Sequence record: KJ019095.1
Direction: 5' to 3' (one strand)
DNA: 64,000 nucleotides
The notes below the pieces were generated by a model that was not told the origin of the DNA, searched no databases, and was given only the letters and a program-made list of their open reading frames with translations. Of the stretch, positions 1 to 13,200 are shown one piece after another; positions within the stretch are counted from its first letter, which is position 1, and each line of letters begins with the position of its first letter. A program made the translations under genes and the position numbers.

Positions 1-1266
1 GAAGTTGAAAAGGAGTACTATGAACTCCTATTTGGTGATGGAATCTTTGGTAAGAAGCTAAAACAGGGACAACAACCTGTTGCAAGTTACATTTTGACTG
101 ATGGGTCATCAGGAAATGGACCTTCTAAGTTCAGTTATTCGGGTTCTGTGGTTAGTTCGACTGGTGGAGTGATAATCCCTACCAATACCATCGATATAAC
201 CACTGTAGAGAGTGCTAGGAATGGTGCAAATATTGAATCTGTTGACTCTGTAAGGTATTATGCACCCAAACTCTATGGTGCTCAGTATAGAAGTGTAACT
301 GCTCGTGATTACGAGGGTATTATTAAGGAAATTTACCCAAATACGGAGTCTGTCTCTGTTGTTGGTGGTGAAGAACTCGATCCACCCCAGTTTGGTAACG
401 TTTTAATCAGTATCAAACCGGTAAATGGTACCGAAGTCTCTGATTTTGACAAAAAGAACATATTGGAGGGGTTGAAACAGTACACAATCGCTGGAATCAA
501 CCAACAACTAGTGGATCTTAAGATTCTATTCGTCGAATTGGACTCTTATGTCTATTATGATGTAACTAAAGTGGCATCTGCTGACTCTTTGAAGACAGAA
601 GTCATTGGTTCACTCAATACTTACGCAAAATCAGTCGATCTTAACAAGTTTGGCGGTAGATTCAAGTATTCGAAGGCACAGAAGGTAATTGACGACACCA
701 GTATCGCTGTTACATCCAATATTACTCGTGTTGTTATCCGTAGAAACCTATCTGCAGCGATTGGGCAGTTTGCACAGTATGAATTGTGCTTTGGTAACGG
801 TTTTCACATCAAAGCATCAGGTGGAAACATCAAAACCACTGGTTTCCGCATTACTGGGTTGAATGATGTTGTATACTTAACAGATACACCAAATAAAGAT
901 GCAAATGGAAATGTAGATAACTCAGGGAAGGGTAAGATTTCCGTAATTACTGGAATTGCCGATGATAATGGTAGTTTCCGATATACTGTTGTTATTGATA
1001 AGGCAGGAACAGTGGATTATACAAAAGGAGAGATAATGTTGAACACTTTACAGATAAGTTCTACTGTTAAACCCAATAGAATTGTTGAAGTGCAGGCATA
1101 CCCAACATCTAATGATATTATTGGTTTGAAGGACCTTTATGTGTCACTAGCTGTTCCTGATAGTGAGATAAATATGGTTAAGGATACTATTACCAGTGGT
1201 GAGCAAATCTCTGGTGTAGGATTCAAAGTAACCTCCAGTTACGGCAACGGCAAGTTAACACGGTAA
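1..1266 (+). CDS. gp6: Baseplate wedge subunit gp6, 5'-truncated by the window edge
   Basis: The frame is open from base 1 (EVEKEYYELLFGDGIFGKKL...). It carries gp6 motifs (SVRYYAPKLY, RSVTARDYE, GGEELDPPQFGNV, FGGRFKYSK) and lies directly upstream of gp7/gp8. Confidence 0.9.
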   Translation, partial: EVEKEYYELLFGDGIFGKKLKQGQQPVASYILTDGSSGNGPSKFSYSGSVVSSTGGVIIPTNTIDITTVESARNGANIESVDSVRYYAPKLYGAQYRSVTARDYEGIIKEIYPNTESVSVVGGEELDPPQFGNVLISIKPVNGTEVSDFDKKNILEGLKQYTIAGINQQLVDLKILFVELDSYVYYDVTKVASADSLKTEVIGSLNTYAKSVDLNKFGGRFKYSKAQKVIDDTSIAVTSNITRVVIRRNLSAAIGQFAQYELCFGNGFHIKASGGNIKTTGFRITGLNDVVYLTDTPNKDANGNVDNSGKGKISVITGIADDNGSFRYTVVIDKAGTVDYTKGEIMLNTLQISSTVKPNRIVEVQAYPTSNDIIGLKDLYVSLAVPDSEINMVKDTITSGEQISGVGFKVTSSYGNGKLTR

Positions 1267-1278
1267 TAGGTATTAAAC

Positions 1279-4200
1279 ATGATCGGTACTGAGCTAGGTA
1301 TTGACGTGAGAGTTAAGATTCAGGATGTGGTTTCCTCACAACTTCCTGATTATATTTTAAGTGAAGCTCCACTCACCGACGATTTTCTAAAACAGTTTTA
1401 CATATCTCAGGAATACCAAGGCGGTACTGTAGATTTTGCGTCAAACCTAGATCAATACCTCTCTCTGACAACACTTGGCAGTGAGAATCTTTATACTGCC
1501 TTTGAACTTACACAAGATGTAAGTATTGATGATACTATTATTCATGTTAATACTACAAGTACCTTCCCCAACGAATGGGGTCTTCTAAAGATTGATGATG
1601 AGATTGTCACCTATACCGGTCTCACCACAAACACCTTCACTGGAGTTGTAAGAGGTTTCAGTGGTATTTCTAGTTACAGAGATTCTGATAATCCTTCCGA
1701 ACTTGTATTTGAAACCACAACCGCTGCCACTCACACTACGGAAACTAATGTTGAGAATCTATCAACACTCTTCCTAAAGAATTTCTACGACAAACTCAAG
1801 TATACCTTTGCTCCTGGTTTTGAGAACCTAGAGTTCAATAGTGAAGTTAGTGTTGGTCAGTGGATTCGTCAGGCAAGATCATTCTACCAATCTAAGGGTA
1901 GTGAAGAGTCCTTCAAGATTCTATTCAGAGTATTATATGGTGAAGATCCTCTAGTTATTGATCTAGAGCAGTTCCTTATCAAACCTTCCCAAGCAGAGTA
2001 CTCTAGAAGGGACTATGCGGTTGCTATTCCAGTCAGTGGTAACCCTATAACCCTCAAGGGTAAGACAGTGTATCAGAGTGATGCAGAGGACGTGTTTGGT
2101 GCCATCTCAGAGATTGAGACATTTACTAGAGATAACAAATTATATTACAGAATCTACTTCTTTGTTAGTAATGATGAAATTGCTAATGAGAGAAAACTAT
2201 TCACTATCCCTGGTAGATCAAGAACACAGAGAGGATGGAATCAGGGTGACACTACAATCACTGTAGATACTACTCTTGGGTTTAGGGATAACAACGAGTT
2301 TATCACTGAAGATGGAACTAAGTTTACTTACTTGGAAAGGACTGTTAATCAGTTCCTAGGTGTTGAGTGTAGTGATACAGAGAAAACACTAGGTACTAAT
2401 GAAGATATCATTGATGATATTACTATCTTTGGTATTAATGATGCTGGTGAGACTGTCTCACTACGTATGACTGGCGTTATCTCTGATATTGAGTTCCCCG
2501 ATGAAGTCCCATTCACTACACCTGGAGAGAAGATATCTGTAGATACCTTAGGTGAGAATATCATCTCTGCTGATGTAACTAGAAGTGAGCCTACACAGAG
2601 ACAGATCATTGCTAATAGTTTCATCTATAACACTTCAGTAAGAATGGAAGTAGATGAACTCAATGGTTCTGATTTCCAAATCAATACTGCCTACTTAGAT
2701 AAAGCTTTCATTTCTCCTGGTGACTCTGTTGATATTCTCCAAAGAGGCTCGCAGCTTGTCTATGTCGCTAATCGCAAAGTAACCTCAGTTGACTATCTCA
2801 ATAGTATTATAACAATCAATGACTCATTTGGCATCCCTTTAGATCAATCACTTGATATCAGAAGGAATCAGAACTATGCAAAGAGTAGCACTACAGATAT
2901 TGAGTATGGTCAGAACTCTGTTCTATCCAATGTTCTGAACCTTTATGATGCAACAGAGTTTGATGGTAACTTCTATGTTGCAACTAACTCCCTACCTTCC
3001 TATGATATGGAAGTTAAAGTTGTTGAGAGTATTCTTACTGGAGTTACTACTTCTAACTTTGAAGGATATAACTCATTCACTGATCAGTACTCAACAATTA
3101 TCTTTGATTCTGCCACTTCATTCATAACTGGTGATCTAATTTCATATAGAGTTATCTCAGTAGAAAGAACAGGTATTCCCCTTATCACTGAAGGTGAATA
3201 CTTTGTAGAGGTTCTCAGCAACCCCAGAAAGATTAAACTATATGTATCACCTTCCTTTATTGGAAGTGATAACTTTGTTGGATTCGTGTATAACGATGCA
3301 GTAGGTGCTCATGCATTCACTCTAGAGGAACAGAAAGATAGAAGAATCAATACTAAGAATGTATTCAAGAAGATTCCCTTCACAGCAACCAAACAGAATA
3401 TCACTATCCCTAGAACACCCGATGTAACCCCCTCAGGTTCCCCTGTGGCAGTTCTTACTAATGGTGTAGAGGTATTGTCATATAAGTCACCAGATAAGGT
3501 GTTCTTGGGTCCTTTAGAAGAAGTTGTTCCTGTTGCTTCTGGTGAGGGTTATAGTGTTATTGGACCACCCAATATCCTAATCACACCACCTAATATTCAA
3601 GTTACAGATCCAACTGGTATTCCTACTGATGGTGGTGTTGCTAGAGTATCACCAGTTATCTCTGGTAGGTTGAAGAAGATCTATATCGATCCACAAGACT
3701 TTGATATTGAGGAAGTATTCTCAATCACTGTTGTTGGTGGTAACAGTCGTGGTGCCACAGCAAAACCACAGATTTCTAAGAGAACTCGTTCTATCCCCTT
3801 TGATACGAGACTTGATATCTACGGTGGTGGTATTAATCCAAATGAAGAGACCATCCTATTCTTAACTGAACACAAACTCGCCAAGGGTGATGCAATTATC
3901 TACGAAAACAACGATACACAAAGTATTGGTGTTAATGTTGCTGGTGGTAGTAACATCTATAATGGCCAGACACTATCTAACGGTGCTGTGTATTTTGCAG
4001 AACCCCTTAATAATGTAACCATTAAGATCTATGAGACTCTAGAAGATTTGAACTTGGGTATCAATACCGTTGGGTTCACTTCAAGTCAAACTGGGTTTGG
4101 TGTTCAGGACTTTACTACTATTCCTAGAAACCAACTCACTGGTGCTCTCATCACAGATGATGGTGGTGAGTTTGTATATCGTAAGATGGAGTTCCAACCA

Positions 4201-7200
4201 GAGAACATCTATCCTGAGTATGATGAGTTGAGATACGACGGTCATGGTTTCTCCAGTGGTGATTTGGTGGAGTATGGAACCTTTGGTTCTGTTGTTGGTG
4301 GTCTATCTACTGAGAAGCAATACTATGTTGATGCTTTAGATGAAAATATCATCAAACTATCTGATGCCGGTATTGGTGGAACAAGTAGGTTTGACTATGA
4401 TAGGAAGGACTATGTTGATTTCACCAACATTGGTGTTGGAACACAGTTTATCAAGTACCCTGATGTCACTGTCAATGTTGTAGTATCCTATGCCTCGTCT
4501 ATCACTGGTATCATTACAGCAACACCTATTATCCGCGGTGGTATTATTCAAACTTATGTTGATACTGGAGGATACTATGGTTCTGATATTCTCAACTTCG
4601 CCAAGACACCAGAAGTAACAGTTCAGACTGGTGAAGGTGCTAGAATCAAACCAGTTATTGTTAATGGTAAGGTTACCACAGTTCAGATTCTAAGTAAGGG
4701 TATCAACTACCCACCCACACCAGATCTTCGTGTTATTGATAAGTCTCGTAAAGGTGCTGGTGCTCTTCTTCGCCCAGTAGTTATTGATGGTGCTATCCAG
4801 AGTGTTGTTGTTATTAGCACTGGTGAAAACTATGATCCATTGAATACTGATATTACAGTAATTGATCCTGCTAGACGATGTATTCTTGTTCCTAGAATTA
4901 CACCTCTCACAGTTAATACCTTTGCTAGATTTGGATTCGAAGGTCTATCTAATAATGACTACTCGGTTGTTGCCTATGACAGAAAGATTCGTGAGGATGT
5001 ATATGGTGACCTAGGTGCTTCCCACTCACCCATCATTGGTTGGGCAAACGATGGTAACCCCATCTATGGTGGTTTTGGTTTCGATGATCCAGAGAACTCC
5101 AGTTCTGGTTTCCGGGCGATGAGAACTTCCTATGAACTCTTCCCTGGTGAGATCTATGGTCGTCCCCCACTAACACTATATCCTGCTGGTTCTTTTGTTG
5201 AGGACTACAAGTTTACAGATAATGGTGATCTAGACATCTATAATGGTAGGTATGGTAGAACTCCTGAGTATCCTAATGGTGTGTATGCATACTTCGCTGG
5301 TATCTCCACTGATACTCAGTCACTAGCAAGAGAACCACAATTCCCTTACTTCATTGGTCCTGAGTTTAGGGATGGATTGGGTATTCAAGATAATACTGTA
5401 TCCCAAGATTTTGATATTAATAATAAGGATATTTTCCGTAATACTTTCCCATATGCCGTAGGTAACCCTATTATCGGCAGTGAGTTCCTAGATCAATCAT
5501 ACTTAGAGGATACTCAGGATTCTATTATACAATCTATCAATAATGGTACTGTTGATAACTTAACCATCGTTGGTGCTGGTGTTAGTTACTCTGTTGGTGA
5601 TATTGTTAATTTTGATGATACTTTCGACTACATTAGTGTAGTTGTAGATCAGGTAGATGGTCCCGAGGTAACACAGATTCAAACTCTCATCAAGAGTTAT
5701 GGTAAAGCAGAAACCAAAGTCATTAAAGTTGATAACACAACTGTTCGTGTTTATGTTGATCCCTTCCACGAGTATCTTGATGGAGATAAAGTTGTAATTA
5801 GTGGTCTATCAACAAACACAGATCAACTCAACGGGACTCATGAGATTAACTTCATGAGGGAGCAAATGACAATGTTTGCTCCTATTCCTCCTACTTTGTT
5901 TGAGACAGTATCTGATATCTTTGTCAATACTATTTCAGATAAGGTTTCTGTTGGTTCTAGTATTACTGTTGGTCTTGGCACTCTATCGGAGGATATGGAA
6001 GTTATCAACATCTTCCCTATTAATAAGGCACTTCGGGTTAAGAGACCAGTAGGTTATGGTTTTACACACCCAATTGGTGATGCTGTTAACATTGCTCCTA
6101 ATTACTTTGATATTAAGAAGAATGTAGATTCATTCCCGTCTGAGATTGATGTTGAGTACTACTTCAACCCACACCAAACAGTGGCAGTTGGATTGGAGAC
6201 TGGTGTAAGTGTTGGTTTGGTGTATTCAATTGGTACTATCGATAAGAATATCTCAGTACAGACTCAAAGAATATATGCACCATCCCATGGTTTCAGAACT
6301 GGTGAGGAGATTACTTTTGAGAAGAATGATACTGATACTGCATTAGTTGTAACAGACGGTAGTACTGTATATACACTACCTGGTGTAGGTAATACAAGTA
6401 ACGCATATGTTGTATCACTATCCAAGAACTATATTGGTATTAGAACAGTAACAGATGGTCCTGATCTATTCTTCTCTACTGATGGTTCCGATTCTCCTCT
6501 ATATTCTATTAAGACTAATCGTTTCGCTGAGACTGCATTAGTAGATAGAATTCAGGCAGAAGTTAAAACGAAAACGGATCATAGGTTGGGGAATGACGAT
6601 CAGATATTTACTGATGTTATTTCTTCTGGAAAATCAGGTGTAGGTACTAACCCCAACATCAAACTTGAGTTCGATGATTCATCACAATCACTTATTGTAG
6701 ATCCATACTTCACACAACCTAGTGATATTGATACGGTTAATAACCTAATTAATATCAATAACCACGGTTATACTAATGGGGATATTGTTCTATATCAAAA
6801 CTATGGAAGTTCTATTGGTGGTTTAACAACTCATCACAAATATTACACTATTCCCTTTGATAGGGATAAGTTCTATGTTGCTGAAACATTTGTTGATGTA
6901 AGACCCGGAACTAAACTACCTGTGAATCTAACTTCTGTTGGTATTGGTTCCCATAAGTTCTCCAAGGTCAATCCACCACTACTCATCACTAATAATAATG
7001 ATATTGAGTTTGATGTGTCATCACCAACTCTATTTGGTAAAACACTAGAATTCTTCTTTGATCGGACTCTAACTGAAATATTTGATAATAACAGTATAGA
7101 CAATGTATTTGTTGTTTCTGGTGTATCTACTGAGGGATACGAGGATGCTAGGAAGTCTATTAGATACTCTGATAACAATCCAGATGTATTCTTCTATGGT

Positions 7201-10200
7201 ATTACTGAAGGTGGTTATATTTCCACTGCAGATACTGAAGTATCTAGAAACAACTCTATTAGATATGAGGCAAGTGAGTACGCAATTGAAGGTAGAGTAA
7301 CCGTTATAGACGATAGCACCTTTACCTATACACTCAATACTATTCCCGAGAAGCCACTATACACTAATCCTGATACACAACTCTCATACAAGACTTCCTC
7401 TAGTACTGCTCTAGGTGGTGTTGGTAGATTGAATATCATCTTCAGTGGTAATAACTTCCCAGCTCTACCTGAGTTTGAGGGTATTCAAACTGAGTATGGG
7501 CAGAACGCAACTATCAGAGCAGAGTCTGATGATATTGGAACACTTGCTTCCTTCAGAATCCAGAACGCTGGTTGGGATTACTCCGCTGATAATACACTTC
7601 GCCCCTTTGGTGTTATTCAACCAACCATTAGATTTGATAATAGTGACTTTGTTACTGAGGTTACTGTTCTTGATGGTGGTAATGGATATCAGAACCCCCC
7701 TAATGCTGTTCTAGTAGACTCTGTAACAAGAGAAGTAGTAGATAATGGATCTATCATCCTAGAGGTACAATCATCCACCATCACAGATGTTATTGTTGAG
7801 GTTGCTCCTTCTGGTTTATCCAAGGATCTCCAAGAACTATGGACTGTCAATAATAGTAATGGTATTCCTATCCTACTAATTGGTAACATTGATAATGTTG
7901 CTGGTGTAGTTACATATACAGTACAGACTCCTATTGAGGGTTATGCAACACCACCATTCTCAGTTGGTGATAGAGTATTTGTTGAGAATATTCTAGTAGA
8001 TCAAGATGCTCCCCCCTCTAAACTCAATTCTGGTGATTATGGGTATCAGTTCTTGGAAGTTGTTGCCGTAACACCAACAAACCCAATCACTATTGGTATT
8101 CAGTATCCTGAAGAAGCTATTGGTAACCTAGGTTATGGTGTTACTTTCCAACAGGCTTTCTCTGGTATTGTTAACGAGGATATCTATCCTAAGTTTGCAG
8201 TACAACAGACAACTGCAGTCTTCCTAGAGGGTGAGAGACTTTCTATCTTTGATTCCTTTGGTAATCTTGATGAGACTGACCTAGTTGTGGAAGAGTCCAA
8301 CACTAGTTTCTTTAAAGTTACTGGGAACTATGATTTATTGGTTGGTGATGTACTCAAGGGTAACAATAGTGGTGTTATTTTAACTGTTACTGAAATTGAC
8401 AGTAGTAGTTGTAGATATCTAGTTGATTCTATCTCCAGAATCAACACTGGTTGGAACGATAAGACAGGTTTCCTTAATGAGGAGACACAGAACCTACCAG
8501 ATAACGATTACTATCAGAATCTATCTTACTCAATTAAGAGTACAATTAACTTCGAGGAACTTATCAACCCAGTCAATAGATTAGTACACCCTTCCGGTCT
8601 AAAGAACTTCTCTGATACCAAGATTGAGTCTATCGGTGATATTGGTGTTGGTAGTAGTGAGAGCTCTGAGTCAACAGTTACTATTGACTTTATTGGTCTA
8701 ACTGATATAGCAGAAACTCCACTGAGAGTTGATCGCATCAATGTATTCGACTTGGGTTGGGATGCCAATGTCAATAACAACAGATCTAACGCCATTAGAC
8801 TTCAGAGTAGAACTCCTAACAAGAGACTAACTGACTATATCGAAGTTCGTACTAACAGAGTATTGATGCATGACGACATCAGTAACGAGTTTATTGACTC
8901 AGATAATGCCTCTTCCAAGTCCCCCTATAGTGAGTTCAATATTATCACTGGTGAATATACCAGAGGATTGGTTCAGGCAAGAAATCCCTTCACTGATCAA
9001 GTTCAATTCACTGAGATTATTGTTTTATCAGTTGATAACAGTGCCTTCACTTTACAGAAGGCGAGTATCTCTGATAATGATCTTGGTTATGGTATCTTTG
9101 AGGGTAGATCTTTAGCTAGTAGTGAATATCAAATGAGATTCACTCCCTTCAACACAGATGATTTTGATATTGACCTAAAACTACTATCCCATAAGTTTAT
9201 CTTTAGTGGTGAGTCAGCTGAAGAGATTGGATATGTAAACCTAGCCGGTAATACACTATCTACACCAGACGCTGCTAGTACTCAAATATATGGAGCTAGT
9301 AATAGTAATAATAGAGCAGTTGTTGTTCACGCAAATATTACCACAATTGATGGTCTTCTTTATTACTATGAGATATATGCTTTTACTGATGGTACTGATG
9401 TATACTATGCACCTTATGGTTATAGTAGTGATGTACTAAAGGGTTTCAATAGTGAGTTGGATGGTGATTTTAACGCCACACTACAAGGTGGTAAGTTGGC
9501 AATCTACTTCACTAATAATACTGGTGGTCCAGTTAGTATCACCACCAAGTCTATTGAGTTCAAGCAGTCTTTCAGTGGAACATCACCTTATAGATTTAAG
9601 AAAAATAATGTTCCTGATACTGAAGAAAGAAGTATTATTCTAGACTCAGTATCCACTGCGGGTGTTAGTACACAAACCACTGAGGTATTCAGATACGACA
9701 CCACTCTATTCCAGAGTGTTAGATCTATCGTTCATATCTCTGGTACGGATGTTGGTGCCATTCATCAGGTAATGACTATCAATAGTGATGGTTCTACTTA
9801 TTGTGAAGTGTATCCTTTCATTACTGAGGGTGATGAGGTAGATTCTACTTCTGGTATTGGTACCTTTGGTTCATCAATTGATGGAACTGATATGGTTCTA
9901 ACTTTCTATCCAGATGCAGCTATTGGAAGTCAGGCACTAACTCTCACCTCCTATAACGAAACATTCTATAGAGAATTGGATGAAGTTAACTACACATTCG
10001 GTAGACCATTAGTTTATTCTGAGAGTGAGGAGAACTACTACCTAGAGAGGTATATTGCTCCTCTAGGTTTGAGAAACAACCTACTTAGATTCCCTCTGAC
10101 ATACGAAGGTATTCCCATCTATGAGAAGGCATTTGATCCAGCAACTACAATTAGCATAAACAACGGTAATTTGACATTGTTCAACATTACTGAGCACTTC

Positions 10201-13200
10201 TTTAGTCCAGCTGAAGAACTATATTACCTACCAGATACAACTTTAGCTAACAACCTCAAATCTCCTATCGAGATTCAACCAGTTGTTGATTATAGAGGTA
10301 TAACAACTTCTACAATGCCTGACAGAGTGTATGCCATCAAGAGGGATCTAAATGTATTCCAACTAGCACCAACTGCATCTGATGCACTTGCTGGTCAAGC
10401 AATTGTTATCACTGGGTTTGGTACTGGTATTTCCCATAGATTGGGTATGATGAAGAAGCTAGAGAAGACTATCATTACCATTGATGGTGTTATCCAGTCT
10501 CCTATTACTAGCGCACTCAAAACATTCAATCTAGATGCACCACTAGGTTTTGATGACGAATATGCAGTTCTAACTGGTATTGGTACTATTCGTGTTGGTG
10601 ATCTATTTCTAATTGATGAGGAGTACTTAAAGATTGATAATGTTGGATTATCTACATCACAGACTGGTCCTATTAGTAATACTGGTACTATTCCTCTAAT
10701 TGAAATTAGTAGAGGTGTTGTTGGTTCTTCCGCAACTAGTCATACTAGTGGTTCTGATCTCGATCTATACAGAGGTAGCTTCAATATTGTTGAGAGTGAC
10801 GTTGTATTCACCGAAGCACCTGCTGGTAGGGGTGAGATTAATATCAATGAGTCCAACCTAGTACAGGTTAACTCATCATTCCAAGGTAGAACATTCCTAC
10901 AGAGAGAGTATGATCAGATTGCACTATTTGATGATATCAGTGATTTGTTCAATGGTTCAGATTATGAGTTCAACATTACTTCCGCTGGTAGTACTATTGG
11001 TGAGATTGAGAATGGTTCTGGTGTTCTAACCATCAACGATATCTACCAAACTCCAACTACCGATAACAACGCAGGTAACAACTATTTCTATAGTTATGGA
11101 GCACAAACTGGTATCAATACTCTAACCTTTACTGGTATTACTTCCACTAATGGTCAGAGAGTTGAGTCTAGATTTGATATCAATCAGAACCAGATTCCTC
11201 GCGGTGGTGTTATCGTATCACTAGGTTCTACACCTGGTTTGGGATACGCCCCACTCTATGGAGCAAAGATAACTCCAGTAGTTACTGGTGGTGTTATTAC
11301 TGATATTGTAACAACCAATAGAGTTGGTTTTACAACTGATGTTCTTTGGGCAGACTATGATAACGAAACTGGTGACTTGGTTGTTTCTGGTATTGGATCG
11401 GCACTAACCACACAGTTCAACATCACAGATGCCGACTATCGTAACACCTCCGGCGTCCTAATTATCACGAGCGCAACTTCTCTAATATCTGCTGGTATCA
11501 ACCCAGGTGATATTATGTATCTGAGAGGTATGGACTTCTCCTGTACTTCAGGTGGAGCACCTGCCACACTTACATACCCAGACCAAGACCCAGTATACGC
11601 TGTGGATAGGATTGTAGATGAGTTTAGGTTCTCAGTGAACGCTGGAATATCTACTATTCCACATACTTATGTTTCTGGTGGTACCTGGCAAAAGTATTCA
11701 CCATTCCAGTTTGGAAGGGAACAGATTAACCCCAAACAGGTTTATCTAAATGGTTTGGAGTTTGATTGTACCAATAGTCCATTCATCACTACCAATATCT
11801 TCCCTGATAGTTTCGAGTCAGCATCTTTTGTTACTCGTGATGATGATGCACACTTCAGACTAAACGTTGGTATCGCAAGTTTCACACACGACTATGTTGG
11901 TAGTGGAATCTTTGGTCAGTATATTGAAAACAACCCAGGTTCTGGTTATATCGATAGAGTTTCTATCGCAGTTACTGATCCCAACCACTCTGGAACACCT
12001 GCAGAGATTGTGGGTATCCCAACTGCTGGTGGTGAGTTATCATTCACAATTATTGGTGGTGGTTCTGGATATAACCAACCAACCACAGATACCTTTGCTC
12101 CTGATCCAGCATACTTTAACCTTCCAGTTATTGGTGTATCTAGGAGAAATGTTGGATTCACAACTATCACTGGTAAGAATCTCTTTGTAACTGTTGAGGT
12201 ATCTGCAGCAACCACCACGGCAATCGGTCGTAGTGAGTTCTTTGAAGTTAGTGGTTACCAAATCACTAACCAGGGTTATGGTTTTGAAGAAGGTGATGTT
12301 ATTGAGGTTGTTGGTATTCCTACTGATAAGAATCTATCCCAACCAATTGAACCCTTCCAACTCACAGTTCTAGACACCTTCACCGATAACTTCTCCGCCT
12401 GGAACTTCGGTGAAACTGATTATATTGATAGTATCAAGACTCTACAGGATGGTTCAAGACTTAACTTCCCACTTTCATACAAAGGTGAGGAACTATCCTT
12501 CGAATCAAATCCCTCCAATGAAGACTCTGCGGCAATTGATTTAGACGCTATCCTCCTCATCTATGTGAATACAGTACTACAAGTACCTGGTGTAAGTTAT
12601 GAGTTTACTGGTGGTAACACCTTTACATTCTCACAACCACCATTCCCACAGGATGATGTTGATATTTACTTCTATAGAGGTAAGAGGAATATTGATAGTA
12701 CAGTTATTACTGAAATTGATGAATCTATTAGACCTGGTGATCAGTTACAACTTGTTAAAAACAATAAGTACAATGACAATGTATTCATTGACCTAACCAG
12801 AACACAGGACCTTAGAACAGTCACAGAGATTGCTTCTTCTGACACAGTTAGAACTAATATCTACTTTGGTAACAAAGACTTAGATACTCTAAGAGAAAGG
12901 CAAGTCGGTTGGGAAAAACAGAAGAGAGATATCTTCATCTATGGTGAACCAGCACCTAAGACTAGAGATAGTCTAGAACCTGTTATTGTACCAACAGCGG
13001 CAATCATCAGAGATACCTCCAAATCACAAACAGAACTCTTTGTTAGTAACTCTGAGATATTTGTTTATGAAGAAGATGTTCCTGGTTCTAGTATTGTTCT
13101 AACCAATATCAGTGGTGAGATCTATAGACCAGTTGAGTATAAGTACAATCCACCAGTACTATTCGAACCCGCGTCAATACGCGCGAATGTAGATGGTAAT

